DNA of 64,000 nucleotides from NCBI GenBank assembly GCA_040954595.2, contig CM082593.2, forward strand, positions 7,414,043 to 7,478,042, read 5' to 3'. The notes under the pieces were generated by a model that ran no database searches, was not told the origin of the DNA, and saw only the letters and a list, made by a program, of their open reading frames with translations. Positions 11,801-24,423 of the stretch are shown piece by piece; within the stretch, counting starts at the first letter, position 1, and the number at the start of each line of letters is the position of its first letter. Source of the stretch: Balanoglossus misakiensis. Taxonomy: Eukaryota > Animalia > Hemichordata. The translations under genes were made by a program, and so were the position numbers.

Positions 11801-14771
11801 AGTTCATATTCGTCTTTTTCCTTCTCTTCGTACAACCGCCTGATGTTGTTCTTGAGAGCAGTGATCTCTTCCCTGGAAAAAAAATCAACCATGAGTGTTA
11901 ATTAATAGTATTTTTCTTGAAGAAGAGGCTGTGTCGTGCATAGACCCTGGATCTATGGGTCGTTTGATGTTTCACTAATGTTACATGTATTTATCTGATC
12001 GGACACCGACAGTTTGTGAATTAACCCATCGGAACGTTGCCGTTTTTGACACCCGGTTTGTACTTTGAAGCCCAAAATTGAGGGTGTCGTTCCACTTTAA
12101 ACACTCCATTTACGGTCACTGTCTCTGGTGCTAGCGTCGTTCGTTCTTTTCGTAATATTAACATTGTAATAACAGTACCAACCTTTGGCGATCAATGATT
12201 TCGTCACACTCTTCTTTGATCCGGTTCAAACTTGTTTTCAGTTCTGCGTTTTCAAGCATCAGGTTTCTTGAGAGAATCTACACAGATAACACGATAAAAT
12301 AGCTATTTTAAGCATGACAATAAAGCAAAGTTAACCTCAGGTTTGCAAAATCATACCGTAACTAGTATAGGACCATTAAAACTTCGAACAGGCCAAAAAT
12401 ACTGGTGGAAATGCCAGTTGAAGAAATTGGAAAAGTAAAGAATAGTTGAGCTTCAAAGTCTGTCAGGATTGCTTCTTAAAGGAGTGCAATCATCTCTTAT
12501 TTACAAATGCCCAAATATGGTTAAAACGCTTGTCTGTGGCATAAACCAGGCGAACAGTTCACTGACGTCATCAATGACGTCATCCTTACCGTCTTGGTAT
12601 TGTTATCCCGCTCCAGTTTCATCACTTGGGTGACGGTTGTCGCCAAGAGGGGGGTGAGAGCCGACGTCTCTCCGCTGCCGGCGAGATCGCTGATTGCCGT
12701 TTTCAGATTCCTGACAGCCAAGGATGGGAGTGATTCAGAAAGATGGTCCGGTGATCTCCCTCCGGCTGCTTCGGGGGTTGTTGGGGTTGATGTTCTCCTC
12801 TCGTGGGTGCTTGAAAGACGGTTTGCCGCCCCACTCCTGAATTCCTCGGAGTGAATACTCTATGACAATAATAATAATAATAATATGAATTATTAGTATT
12901 ATTATTATTGTTGTTGTTGTTGATGGTGGTCCATTATATATGTATGGACAAACTGGTACCAATATGGTATCATCTGCAGCGCTAATTTCTTGGAACCTGA
13001 AGGGTGTTATTATATTATTTTGTAAACTGGTCAACTGCAATGACGTCACATAACTTTGTGGATATACATTTTACCATGGTAATACATGCAAGGATGCGTC
13101 TCATTACGTTTCCTGCACATGAATTCGAGTCAGTTTAGTACTGGCTGACGATCATCGGCCCTGAATTAGCTCAATCATGACGCCAGCGGAGTTTCGATTA
13201 CTACGGCTGTCGCAACTGACTACGACAAAATGTGCACATGCGCAACTCGTTTACAGCGGAGAAGTCTGAGCGGACAAACCTGGAGGGGCGAGATGTCTGC
13301 TGACTTCGAATGGTTTGAATCGGGTTGCGAGTGAACGCTGGCGTTGCCTCCCGCCGCGTTTGAGTTGTGCTGTTCCTCCGCGTCGACATCGGACGGCGCT
13401 GAATCCGTGATGACGTCACTGGGTAGACCGTCTGTAGTACTCATGGCGGAGTCTTGATTCGAGCTCTGTTGTGTGAATACTCTTTCGTTTGACGTCTGTT
13501 TAAAAAAGCAGAACCATTACAATTAGCTGGGTTACAAATTTAAGACGATTTTTCCCTCTGTATTTTTAGCCATGAAGCGGAGTGCCCGAATATTTACCAT
13601 TTCATCAAAATCATGACGTTAACAAATATCACGAAGGTTATGAAATGGCACAAACACGTCATGCACACGTCAGCACATTTTCTTGTACGATACCCATTCA
13701 GGCCAAGAACGGTCTGTTACATACACCACAGGGTCGTAACAGAGATTTTTTGCTCTCATTAGAAGCGCAGTTTTAAATGCATATCACTATTATAACGTCT
13801 TCAACAGTAGGATTGATGCAAGCGTTTTTTTTCCTTCACCTTTTGACTGCCTTCTGTCGTGTGGTCATCTGTCGAATACGACGGCGACACTTGCAGATGA
13901 CTGGGTCTTTGCAAGTGCTGGCGGAGGTGGTAGCCAGGCTCGTTCGAGATACTACTTTTGCTGGATGCAGTTAACTGTTCGATTATTTGCTGAAAGTGCT
14001 TGACCTTATCTTCTGATTCCTCTAGTAACACAGCTGAGCGATAGAATCAAACAAACAAAAAGTCACGTATGCGTCACATGAATATAATGAATACGCAGTG
14101 CTTTATATAGTCACACTCGGCCTTTAAGCAATATTTAAATTTCCCGAAATTTAAATATATAAATATGGTCAAAAAAAGTTATTATTAAATCTGCCGTCAT
14201 CGCCTCCATTAATATTTTACTACTACGTTTGTTTCAATGAAAAAGCTACGCACTTCCCTTGTCAATAGCTGACGATAGGCTAAAGCACAAACAATAGCAC
14301 GGCTGCTGTTCCGAGAAGTATCCTCACTCCCTGTATAAACCGACGTTTTAGGACAACTTCGGCACGTCGGTCGCATGAACAAAACTCGAATGTTTCTGTC
14401 AGAAATGAATTCCTTCTCTTTTTAGGTAAAATTTCATCTTTCTATTTTGATAAAAATCGGGTTCTCGCAAAATCTTGCCGACACATTTTGTCGTTTCTTC
14501 ACAATTCCCCACACAGTCATGCATGCAAAGTCCCCCTGCCCATTTTTTTTTGAATATTTCACTATTTTTCTTAATTACCTAGAGTCTGTGTGCCCTTGAG
14601 GCGCCTTTTGTAGTCTCCGTTTAATTTCTCAAGCTCCTCGTTCTTTGTTCTTAGGTGTTCGATGTCCCCCTTTCCGGGTGACGTTACTTCAGTGTGTCTC
14701 GGTAACTTGAAATAATTCGCGGCTTGGATATCCAAAGGACTCGGTCGAAACAAATCTCCCTCTGCTTCCAT
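8844..14771 (-). CDS. TNIP1: ABIN/TNIP1-like A20-binding NF-kB inhibitor: coiled coil, UBAN, second UBAN-like repeat, C-terminal CCHC zinc finger (~769 aa)
   Basis: Thirteen phase-consistent GT-AG exons (-): 14771-14579, 14033-13840, 13495-13280, 12859-12590, 12277-12183, 11872-11737, 11612-11517, 11396-11031, 10883-10653, 10143-10048, 9824-9645, 9345-9173, 8907-8844; total 2310 nt. ILQVNQQWDAHCKGMK and QRDFDRMLIDASKRVEVEE resemble the TNIP1/TNIP3 blocks (LEVNKQWD...; DFDRKLLLAK). UBAN motif LQAQVSVYQEDFANERRDRER. Terminal finger CPRCEREFQEADSLRQHVDRCVS*. The start ATG is inferred from an in-frame TGA just upstream. Confidence 0.85.
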
Positions 14772-14892
14772 TCCAACATTAACTGGATCCACTCACACAA
14801 GTATCTGTATTTAAAAGAAAAGTTTCCCAGTCACATGGTGATAAGTCATCAACAAATAAGTAAACCGGAATAGTTCGGGGTGGTTCGATGCG

Positions 14893-15318
14893 GTCACGTG
14901 ACCCGACTCGGACTCGGAACTTCCGGATCGGAAAAAAATAATTCGGACGAGTAAAGAAAACAGAAATGTTTCGGAGCAGTTAAAACGTCGGGTGGTAAAT
15001 CCTAAGCAAGTGCGTAAAATTGGAACGGGGAGTGAATTTATACGCAATCGTGGGAAGAAGGATATTATGGAGCCGGGCCCGTGCGTCATCAGATCATAAC
15101 GTGTTTACTGTCACGGTATCTAGTCCGGTCGACGACCGCGGCCGACAAGGACGTGGGCAAGAAGGACACACAGAATTCCGTGATTTTCCAGCATCTGGCT
15201 GACTGGCCAGTTACTTTCCCCGGTATTTCACTGGATTATCCTAATTTCCCCCCATTTTCAAACACTGGAAGAACGGGACTCGATCCAATGTCCTTCGAGT
15301 TCCGTCCGGTCACGTGAC
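14893..15318. promoter_or_regulatory. CpG-rich regulatory region at the 5' end of the TNIP-like gene with two perfect GTCACGTGAC (CLEAR/E-box) sites
   Basis: GTCACGTGAC at 14893-14902 and 15309-15318, with a third copy at 9442-9451. The region also has ETS-like CCGGAA/CTTCCGG sites and locally high CpG. Confidence 0.5.
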
Positions 15319-17157
15319 ACCGACGTTCCACCATTACAGGGCCAGGATTTTGATGCCGTCACGGTGATGTTGGTGTTGTAAAATAGATGAAGGATGTAGA
15401 CGAGAAGTGAGAAAATTAACTACACCGAGTTGTAGTGCAGCTCCGCAGGTAACACACCACTATACTGCCTGTGACTGAGCTTGTTTTCGTCATGATGATT
15501 GTTTTATAACCGTTTATTTCAAAGGATCGTGTACCGCACGCTGGCCACAGGCCAAAAATATACGCATCTAAAAACATCGCTTTAAAGGTAGAAAAGTTGC
15601 CAAAAACTTCACATTTCAAAGATTTTTGTTCCCTGACAGTTCGTCTTCTTGTGGCGTAAAATATATCTGCTACGTTTCCATATGTGATGGATAGTATACG
15701 TTTATTATACTGGCTGTTTTTCTCAAATCCTCTGACTTGCGCTAAATGTTCACTAATTCCAAAAAAATATTAAAGAATTGCCAAACATTTTCAAAGCTAT
15801 AATTTTTAAGTATCAACTCTTTGCCTTAAATTTGTACTGATTTACCGGAATTGTATTTATTTGGACTTTACGTTTGCATACTTGTTTGCTTTTAGGACTC
15901 CGTGCTATAGTATAGGTTGATGTTGTATAACTTTATATTCGACATCGTGGACGTGGAGTTATTGCTTAATGCTATTGCTCTCCAGATATTTGGCTCCAAA
16001 GGACTCCCTATTTTACTTTCACGATTTTGAAAGTTTGGAATTGCATGCATTAATCCATATGCTTGCCTATGTGGAGCTTTATGGACTTGGAGCATTAGGC
16101 CAGTCCGAGACTATATTGGGAAAGAAGTAACGCGATACTCTCCGTGTCCGTTGCAAAACCACTTTTCATAAGTCGTTCTCATTGATTCCTTTGAGTCAAG
16201 ACTTCAGAATAACCGTCGCCCGTAAAATGTTTGCGATTGACATTTCTTGTGCTTCGGGGGGGGGGGGAACACCGCGTTCATGTATCGCATATCTGTGATT
16301 TAGCAAAGTTGTGTATATTTTGCTTCGCTCCAGCCGCTACTATTCTTCAACTCTATCGATCAATATGCAACGAAATAAGTGTCAAAAAACCTGTACACGA
16401 AGCGTTCTATACGACATCTATAAGATAAATCCAATATACCTGTTATTTTTTTTTTACACAAGCGTTCAGACTCCCAAGGTTATAGGTATCACCACAAAAA
16501 ATAGTACGATAAGGTATGAGCTATGCCTAAGCTTACTAGTACATGTAATTTAGGAAGGCATTCATTCCATAGAGTACGGAGAATTTACAAATAAGTCTGA
16601 GTTGATGGTTTGCTTTGCTTTGCTTTGCTTTTTATAGAATCCAAATGTGCCTTGCATGCATCACTCCGGCACAAAATAAGAAAACTCGATGAATGATTGA
16701 AATTCCGGTGACGGGCGGACCCCATTCTCGAAGAGGGAGAGGCCCCGTCTTTCCCGAACTAACCGGAGTAGGCCTACGTGACTCAACAAGTTTACTAAGA
16801 TGTGTTGACTGCACAAAGTTTACCTGTATTGCCAGTGATTGTAAGTAAGTCTGGTTGCAGACTTTGCCATTCCTGCGATTCCAGGCCAGGAAATCTCCGA
16901 AGCGTCCCGCACTGGACGGGCGGGTGGATATGCCTAGTAACCAGATCGCTTTCGCGATCGGGAGACCTGTAAAAAGCTTCAGTGCGCATTTTATACAACG
17001 CTATAGGCCCTATATTTGAATAATTTATGAAATCTTCCATTATTTACTCAATATTTAAATGCACAATATGATGATGCCAGCCTTTCGCCGCTTAAAACAA
17101 AGCACATCTACATCTGGTATATGCTAATGTGTAGGATAAGCTTACAGGCTATAGGCA

Positions 17158-18063
17158 GGGTTTTTCCCGTCGAATCACCGGATTTTCCAAAAACTCGTAT
17201 GAGCCAGCTGTTCGTTCTATTACTCAGCGGGTTTTTCACTCCAAGTTCCCCCTTTCCTCGTAAAAGGACCTGGGAATTTATTTGCGACGATTCGGTCATA
17301 GTAGGAACATTTTGGAACAGACTTCAATACACGCGGAGGGAATGTGTCATGATTTCAACGATCGGCCGTTGAGCTACGACTGCGACACGGCAGGCTCACC
17401 CAACGACTCGAACTGACGACGGGGTGAACCCCAGTCGCGTATGCAATCGGTGGAAGTGATCTTTGAGATTTAACTATACATACGTCCGTGCGTAAGTGCT
17501 GAAACTACGAAAAACTTAAATTCAGATGTATTTACCTGAATTTTTTAACAGACTTACCAGAACGTAAATTCGAATCGCAACGCGGCTACATGACAACTCT
17601 GATAAAAGGACCCGTTAACGCATGCGCGGTGACCTTTGTAAGGCGTCTTGTTCTAAATATAGCAAAAATAGGTGGGGAAATTCCCTGTACTGTTCTAACA
17701 GTCGCGCCTACCCCCTGCATGCGGGCGCTTTGGTGTTTTCGTACCGTTGCTCACAAGGAACCGAATATTTAATATCTTATCCCGCAACAAGATGAATTCG
17801 GTGCTTCTTTTGTCTTTCAGTCGGTTCGAATGGCGAAAATAAATCATGCATGTCACTGTCAGCCATCTTGCCGCAATAATTGCAACGAAGTCACCTCCCA
17901 ACAACAACCCCTCTGGAGACCATGAACTATGGCCTCAAAAGTGCAAAAGTACTATCTGATGCAACTGACACGTCCACTCAACACAAACAATGGCTACGGC
18001 CTTGAAAGCGAAAACCTTGTCTAGTAAACGTAAACAACAACAGAATACAATTGGAAATTCCCC
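17158..18063. promoter_or_regulatory. NF-kB (kB) site cluster upstream of the TNIP-like gene
   Basis: GGGGAAATTCCC at 17674-17685, GGAAATTCCCC at 18053-18063 (GGGGAATTTCC on -), and a looser GGGTTTTTCC at 17158-17167. A minus-strand GTAAGT donor at ~17552-17557 suggests a non-coding first exon just downstream of the 17674 site. Confidence 0.55.
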
Positions 18064-20959
18064 ATCGCTATTTTTAGCTGTTAATATCTCGAAAAAACAT
18101 GTCAACAAATGCCTGACTATGCACTCGTTATTTTGCCATAACTTAAAAACAATACGTTTTGCAGAAGCATAGAGCTAGAGACGACACATGCACTTGTTAA
18201 GTTGCCTTGATCAAACCGAATCTGACAAGCCTGGGTATAGTTTGACATGTAATCATGCCGAAATCGAAAGAAAGATGACGCACGTGACGTACATGACTGC
18301 AGCCTTTATTTTGAAATAATTTATCAGTTGCCAGGGTTTTTTGATAGATAACTTGTATATTGATTGACTGGTTGTGTGCAAGATTGGCATGCAGAGAGCT
18401 ACCACGTGACCAAAATCAAGAGCAGCAACAACAACAGAGACTGAATTGCCAAATCGTTTTCTTGATGACATCACGGTATTGAATTTAGTTAGGCCTAGTA
18501 ACTACATATACTATATTATGAAATTGCACTATTAAACGAACTACCGCTAATATTTATGAAAGTCAAGTTAAGGGGGATTTGTTTACAAGGAAAACCAGAC
18601 TCAGGCAAACACACGCCTGTTGTGAGCAACGTGTGGTTGTTTTTTTGTTGATCCAATTATTCATATATGCGAAACTAAAAGAACAAAGTACGCTAAACAG
18701 ATAAACCAGCAAAGTGATACAATATACCAGAATAGCAGACAAGGGTCAAAGAACTCATATTCTTATGCAGGTAATAAGGCTTTGTCTGAAGTTTTGCCAA
18801 GGTACGGGAGCTTATTTTGAATTAGGCTAGCCATTGTCCAGGTAACAAACACTAAAGCAACCAAAGAACGCGGAAGTTTAAGACACTTTGGCTGGGTTAA
18901 GTAATTAAAACTGGCACATATATGTTTACATCGCTGCACACGTCCATATAAGTACCGGGTCGAAACCCTACAAGTTTTTTTTGGCACTGTTACTAGTAAG
19001 AATGCTGACAATTGTCTCACAACCGATAAAAAAATTGCAGCCTCTGGGCTGGTATGTTAGACGCACGAAATTCTACCAACGTCTGCAAGGCATTTTCGTC
19101 TTTTATTAATCGCATCCGGGTCTGCTCTTGCGCGTTGTGGCATTTGAACTAATATAACTTATGAGCAGGTGCGTCCGAACATGTTGGACTGAGACAGGTA
19201 CTGATTAGGTAGGAGAGTGACTTGCAGTCGAAAGGCGCGGTCGGCGACGGTACGCCCGCCCTCAACAAATACCGTACCTTATTCAAATTGGGCGGCAACC
19301 TGACTGACATAATCATTGAGTGAATCACTGTTGTCATGACTACAGTGTATTTACTTCTATAGCAACCAAATAATGTCGACAGTTTGTCCTAAAATCGCGA
19401 TCAGCGACAAAAATAAATGTTGGGTTGCCTATATCGCACATGTGTAGTAAAAGTAGGGCCTACAGGAATATTCTTGTCCGAAAATACACACCACGCACTT
19501 TGTAGGAATGTCCCACGAGAGAAAAATACCTATAATGCCGATAACTGTATTGTTAACCGCTGTCTTGTTGAAGAGGAACTATTTGAGCGACTCCGGTTAC
19601 ACGACCCGGACATAAACGCGTAGATTGTACTCACTTTCAATCGGTCCACTATAGGTGTTTGGTGCGTTTTTTCTAGTACATTCATCAACCATATCTAATA
19701 GTACCGACGATGTATTTTGACGTCAAACGAATTCGAAATGTTCTGCGTCATTTCGTCATCTCCGGTTTAAAACACACAGCATAAATCACCGTGATGATTA
19801 TGTATATCGTTAATAGTTGGTAATTTGCATGTTTGCACAATGTAACGAAATGTCTCAGGTATATGTCGTGTGACACGAATTTTGCTGACTCGATACGCGA
19901 TACGGTCCCGGCACAAGTAATATAGGCCTCCTGAACGACCGTAACGTCTCAGCTTTGTTCAGTTTGTGACAATATGACACAGTTATTGCGCAGATCAGTC
20001 ATTAACGTTCATTAACATTGCCGACTTCGCGAACATTTTCATCGTGTATAAAACAAGATAAAGTACCATTTACATACCGAGTTGGCAAATGCTAAGTACA
20101 GACAACTTCACATGCAGTCAGATATCGGCGAACGGTGGCAAATCATACATACATGCACACACGCGATGACGGCTGGTGTCAAAAATATACTAAGTACCAG
20201 CAACTCTTGAGATTATTTCGGTGCCGTTATAAAGATCGATGATGTTTGCTTTTGACGACATTGTGTCGGTTTCACGCGCCGTATCTTCCTCTTTGTTTGG
20301 TCACGCGAGAAAATTAAAACAATCAGACACTTGAAGACGCCGCCCTCAAAGACATAACGGTCCTATGTAGTCACCCTTAGTTATACACCGTGACAAAATC
20401 TCTGACTCAACTATCATTGACCTTTGAAAAGCCCATTACCGGTAAATCTTCTGTGACACCCTGTAATACTTGAAATGTCTACATAAGGCTGTAAAATGGC
20501 CCGACATGTGAGGTTATTCCCGATAGCACAAATTTGATGCAGAAATTGGCAAACCGCTGAGATTTTGGCGGTTAAATGTTTATATGTCAAAACGTCCTAT
20601 TGGCCAATAAGAGATACGTCGGCCTGATTTTGTAGGACACAGCAAAACGTTTTGCCAATTGTACTTTAAAACAAAAACAAAAACGAACAAACAGAAACAA
20701 AGCCAGAATTTCCTTCAAACGCAAATCTATCTAAAAAAAACCACTATTGAACTTTTACAGCAAAGTCCGAACCACTTACTACAAAGAATGGATTTACATT
20801 CATTCCCCCAGTACACGAGACTTGAACGCCAAGAAGTATAGAAACACACTGTATGTTGTCACCAGGCAGAGTGTACGGGTCTGAAGTTCGCCAGTAGCTG
20901 ACCATGTCGTTAAGACGGCGAGTGGCAACTTACTCACCGACAACCATCCTTATATACCG

Positions 20960-21026
20960 TAGTCTCGGTTACCCAGACTCCTTCGCGCGGGGTAAGCGAG
21001 GGCGAGAGTCTGGGTAACCGAGACTA
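20960..21026. mobile_element. 67-bp hairpin MITE TAG...CTA with perfect 9-bp TSD
   Basis: tatataccg|tagtctcggttacccagactc...gagtctgggtaaccgagacta|tatataccg. Confidence 0.85.
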
Positions 21027-24000
21027 TATATACCGTTGCCCTGACCGTTGCCCATGCCGCTAGTACAACCATGTGAGGGCGTTGTGGCACAATGACATCG
21101 CAATTCTCAAATAGACGGGTAAGGTATCCGCTGCAGAGATTTCTATACTTAAAGGGACAATTTTCAATCTTGGTTTAGTTCTTGTTGACATTGAATGTTT
21201 ATGTAGTGGAAAGAGTCCATTTATGAAGTTATCAAGTTACTTCGAGATGAAGCCGATGAATTAGGCATGCGGATAAGTACGATTATACATGTACCCATAT
21301 TCGCTCGTGACATAACTTATAACTCACAAATGACATAATACGGAACCCCCCAAATTATCGCTTTCACTGTCAATATGTATATTACGTAGAGCTTATTTTC
21401 AGCTCATTGCAATCGACCGGATACCCATGCTTTCATTTTCGATTTGACATCACAACATTACAGGTACATGCCTCCTACGAAGGACCACGACCAGTAATAA
21501 TTCATTTCTCCTCTATGTCACGAGGTTCTCATAGCCCGAATCCAAAGCATAAATGGACATACTAGTATGCAAATTAATAGCGAGTGTGTCCCTTTAAAGA
21601 CAGAAATGAGGATGTCTTGATGGGGTGGAGCGCGCATCAGCACATATGAACGAAGAGGGCGCAATGCCGAGAACTCAATATCAATATCCACGAAGGATCC
21701 GGTGTGCCGCCCATCTGGGTCCGCTATTCACGCAATATTTACCTAGAATTCAGCTGAAGATGGATTATTTGGACAATAAACTTGCTACCTGCTTCTTGAG
21801 ACCGAACATAGTCAAATATTTTTAAAGGGAACGGAAAATATAACGAAACAACAGAGTAGGAGTGAAATAAAGTAGACCAGATTGTCTTGCTGTTTCTTAG
21901 ATGTTCTAGGAATTAAGTTGCAATTTTAAAGTTGCGTCCGTGCATGTTCTTCAAGACATGACACCTCCACGCCTCTAAGAATTACCTACGCGGTGCTCAA
22001 TTTCAGAATTGTAGATTTCGAATTCACACGCGCTGTCTCTTTCACTGATGAAAACAATGACACATCCACGCATAACTATTAACAACCTACGCACACAGAA
22101 ACGGATGCAGGGTGATGCGCATATAAAACGCGCAACAGTTCTTATAAGTTATAACACTGTCGTTGCGTTTTCTACGTTACATTAGTTCTGGGATTCATGA
22201 ACTACCTTTAGGTATCAACATTTCACTTTTTATTTCTTCGCATTAACTTGGTTATTTTGCTGATTCGACGAATATATTATCACTCCCCATATCGTGTATG
22301 TACTAATGTGAACTCATAAAAATCAACATGATCAATATTTTTTTATTTTGGAATCATTTTTCTCGGAATTTAGTGTGTTGTTTTTATTTTGTATGTGTGC
22401 AATTGAAAATAGTCAGCGGTGTGAACAAAAGTGAGGTCAAACAAATAGTTGTCAGCATACTAACCGGTGGCATGAGACAATAACCCAAGAAATCGACTGA
22501 TTCATGACCAAGCATGAAAACAAACTTGCATTCATGTATAAACCTGTAAACAATGCGACGACCACGGAAAACCCCCTGGTCGCGGCGACTGGGGATTTCT
22601 TTTGCGCGCGCAGATTCAAATGTAATTGCCTGGCTGCAGCTGAGCTACATGTGACTTTTGGTATCGTATATGTATATCGAAAACAGAACTGTAGTATTGT
22701 CAACTTTTGCCTTTTGATGGCTTCGTTGAAAGCTCGGCACTGGCCGAAGCTCATCGCCGGAAAGTAACAACATATGTCACAGGATTTTCTGCACCGCGGA
22801 CGATCAACATTAGGAGTCTATACATGTGTGTGGTATTGTAGTTTTTAGTTCGAAGGTGAATGTTCATGTTGGTCTGTGGAGCCGCAGGAAGCATTTTTCG
22901 ACCTGCCCTGCTTGCCGCTACATTTGAGATAAAACCGATATAGTTTGCAAAGAATCTCTGCCAGAAAAATCATGAAACTACAACCTTGTAAATAAAGTAT
23001 TTGTCGCCTAGCCCACCTCGTAGTACGGTAGTAGAAATGCGATGCAACGTGAGGGGACGCACGAGGGTTCGTCTACCATGCACAGAACAATCAACGTGTC
23101 ATCTCGGATAGTGAGAGACATTGGTACAACACGCCAAATATTCACTAGGGCCGTTGTACACGACGGTCATGGATAGAAAGTAGACATCTTTCTACCGCAG
23201 ACGGCAAAGGGAAAGTTCAAGTTGGATTGTATGTCCATGGCCGTACTTCGACCGCGCCCGTACGAGAAAACAAACGCTACCGCCCACGCTATGTACCGTA
23301 CTTTATATTATAATACTAGTATCCTTACCGTGTTTGCAACGTTACTTGTCAAGTCGTCTTGCCTGTTATCTTCGGTCGCAATGTGGCTATTTCTAACGAT
23401 AAAGAGCTCACCTACCAGTTCAGTTTAAGCAAGTTGCTGAAAAATCCCGGTAAAGTAGGACATTCAAAGTGAGGAAATTTCATTACTGACACAGCATATG
23501 TAGCTACAGTTAGGAAAACACATTGCGCGTTGTGGTTAAAAATAGATTGGGGGAGCCCCTCGCTTGAAAATGCTTGACGACGTCACACCATACACACTGA
23601 TACAGGTAGCGTCACGTCTATTGTGTTACGCGCGTGTTTGGCGTTTTATGCTATTTGTATGATTACGAGTCATTTCCATTAATTAAGAACCTGGCTATAG
23701 GCTAAGTGGCGTGCCTTTGTATCAGTTGTTATTAAACTGAAGAGTAGATTTAAACATATCTCACCTTTTAACTGAATTAATCGTTTTCGTTTCCACAAAC
23801 CCACATCATTTCCGGGAAGTGTCTCAGGCAATGGTACTTGTACTATGATTTAAGAATAAAAAGTTTTTTTTATTCCTTCCAGCTTTACTAACAAGTATGA
23901 CAAAACGCACTTTCAAGACGGAAGGACAGTTTTAACAATACCTTGTACATGTGTCATGGACTTGGAATTTTAAAGTGATAGAAATGATCCAAAACGGACT

Positions 24001-24192
24001 TCGGTAGTAGCCAGAGGACATTGACCAAAAAAATATCTTTTTTTTTCTTTTCTTTTTCAAGTTTAGGTCTGAAATTGGCAAGACGGCTATTTTAGAGTCC
24101 AGCTTCTCATTTTAAATTTCACAGTTCTATCATTTCATTTCATTGAATGTATTTCCACTTTCCCGTTTTGGAAAAGTTTAGACTGCGCAAAA

Positions 24193-24423
24193 TGCCCGTA
24201 TATAGGCTGATAACCCGCAAGAAGGTCTTTCTTCAAGTTATCGAGAATGATTCAATTCACTGCAATTTTTTGGTGATGGTGATTATACCGGGCGTTTTAC
24301 AAATTGCCCGTATATAGGCTGATAACCCGCAAGAAGGTCTTTCTTCAAGTTAACCTTATCGAGAATGATTCAATTCACTGTATTTTTTTGTGATGGTGAT
24401 TATACAGGGCGTTTTACAAATTG
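24193..24423. repeat. Tandem duplication of a ~112-bp unit (2 copies)
   Basis: tgcccgtatataggctgataacccgcaagaaggtc...gggcgttttacaaattg occurs twice in direct orientation. Confidence 0.85.

Noticed and set aside
8844-14771. Calling the UBAN gene NEMO (IKBKG) because it sits next to IKK and ends in a CCHC finger
   Set aside because: The VNQQWD and DFDRML blocks and EDFxxERxDRER match ABIN/TNIP, and I see no recognisable NEMO N-terminal IKK-binding region.
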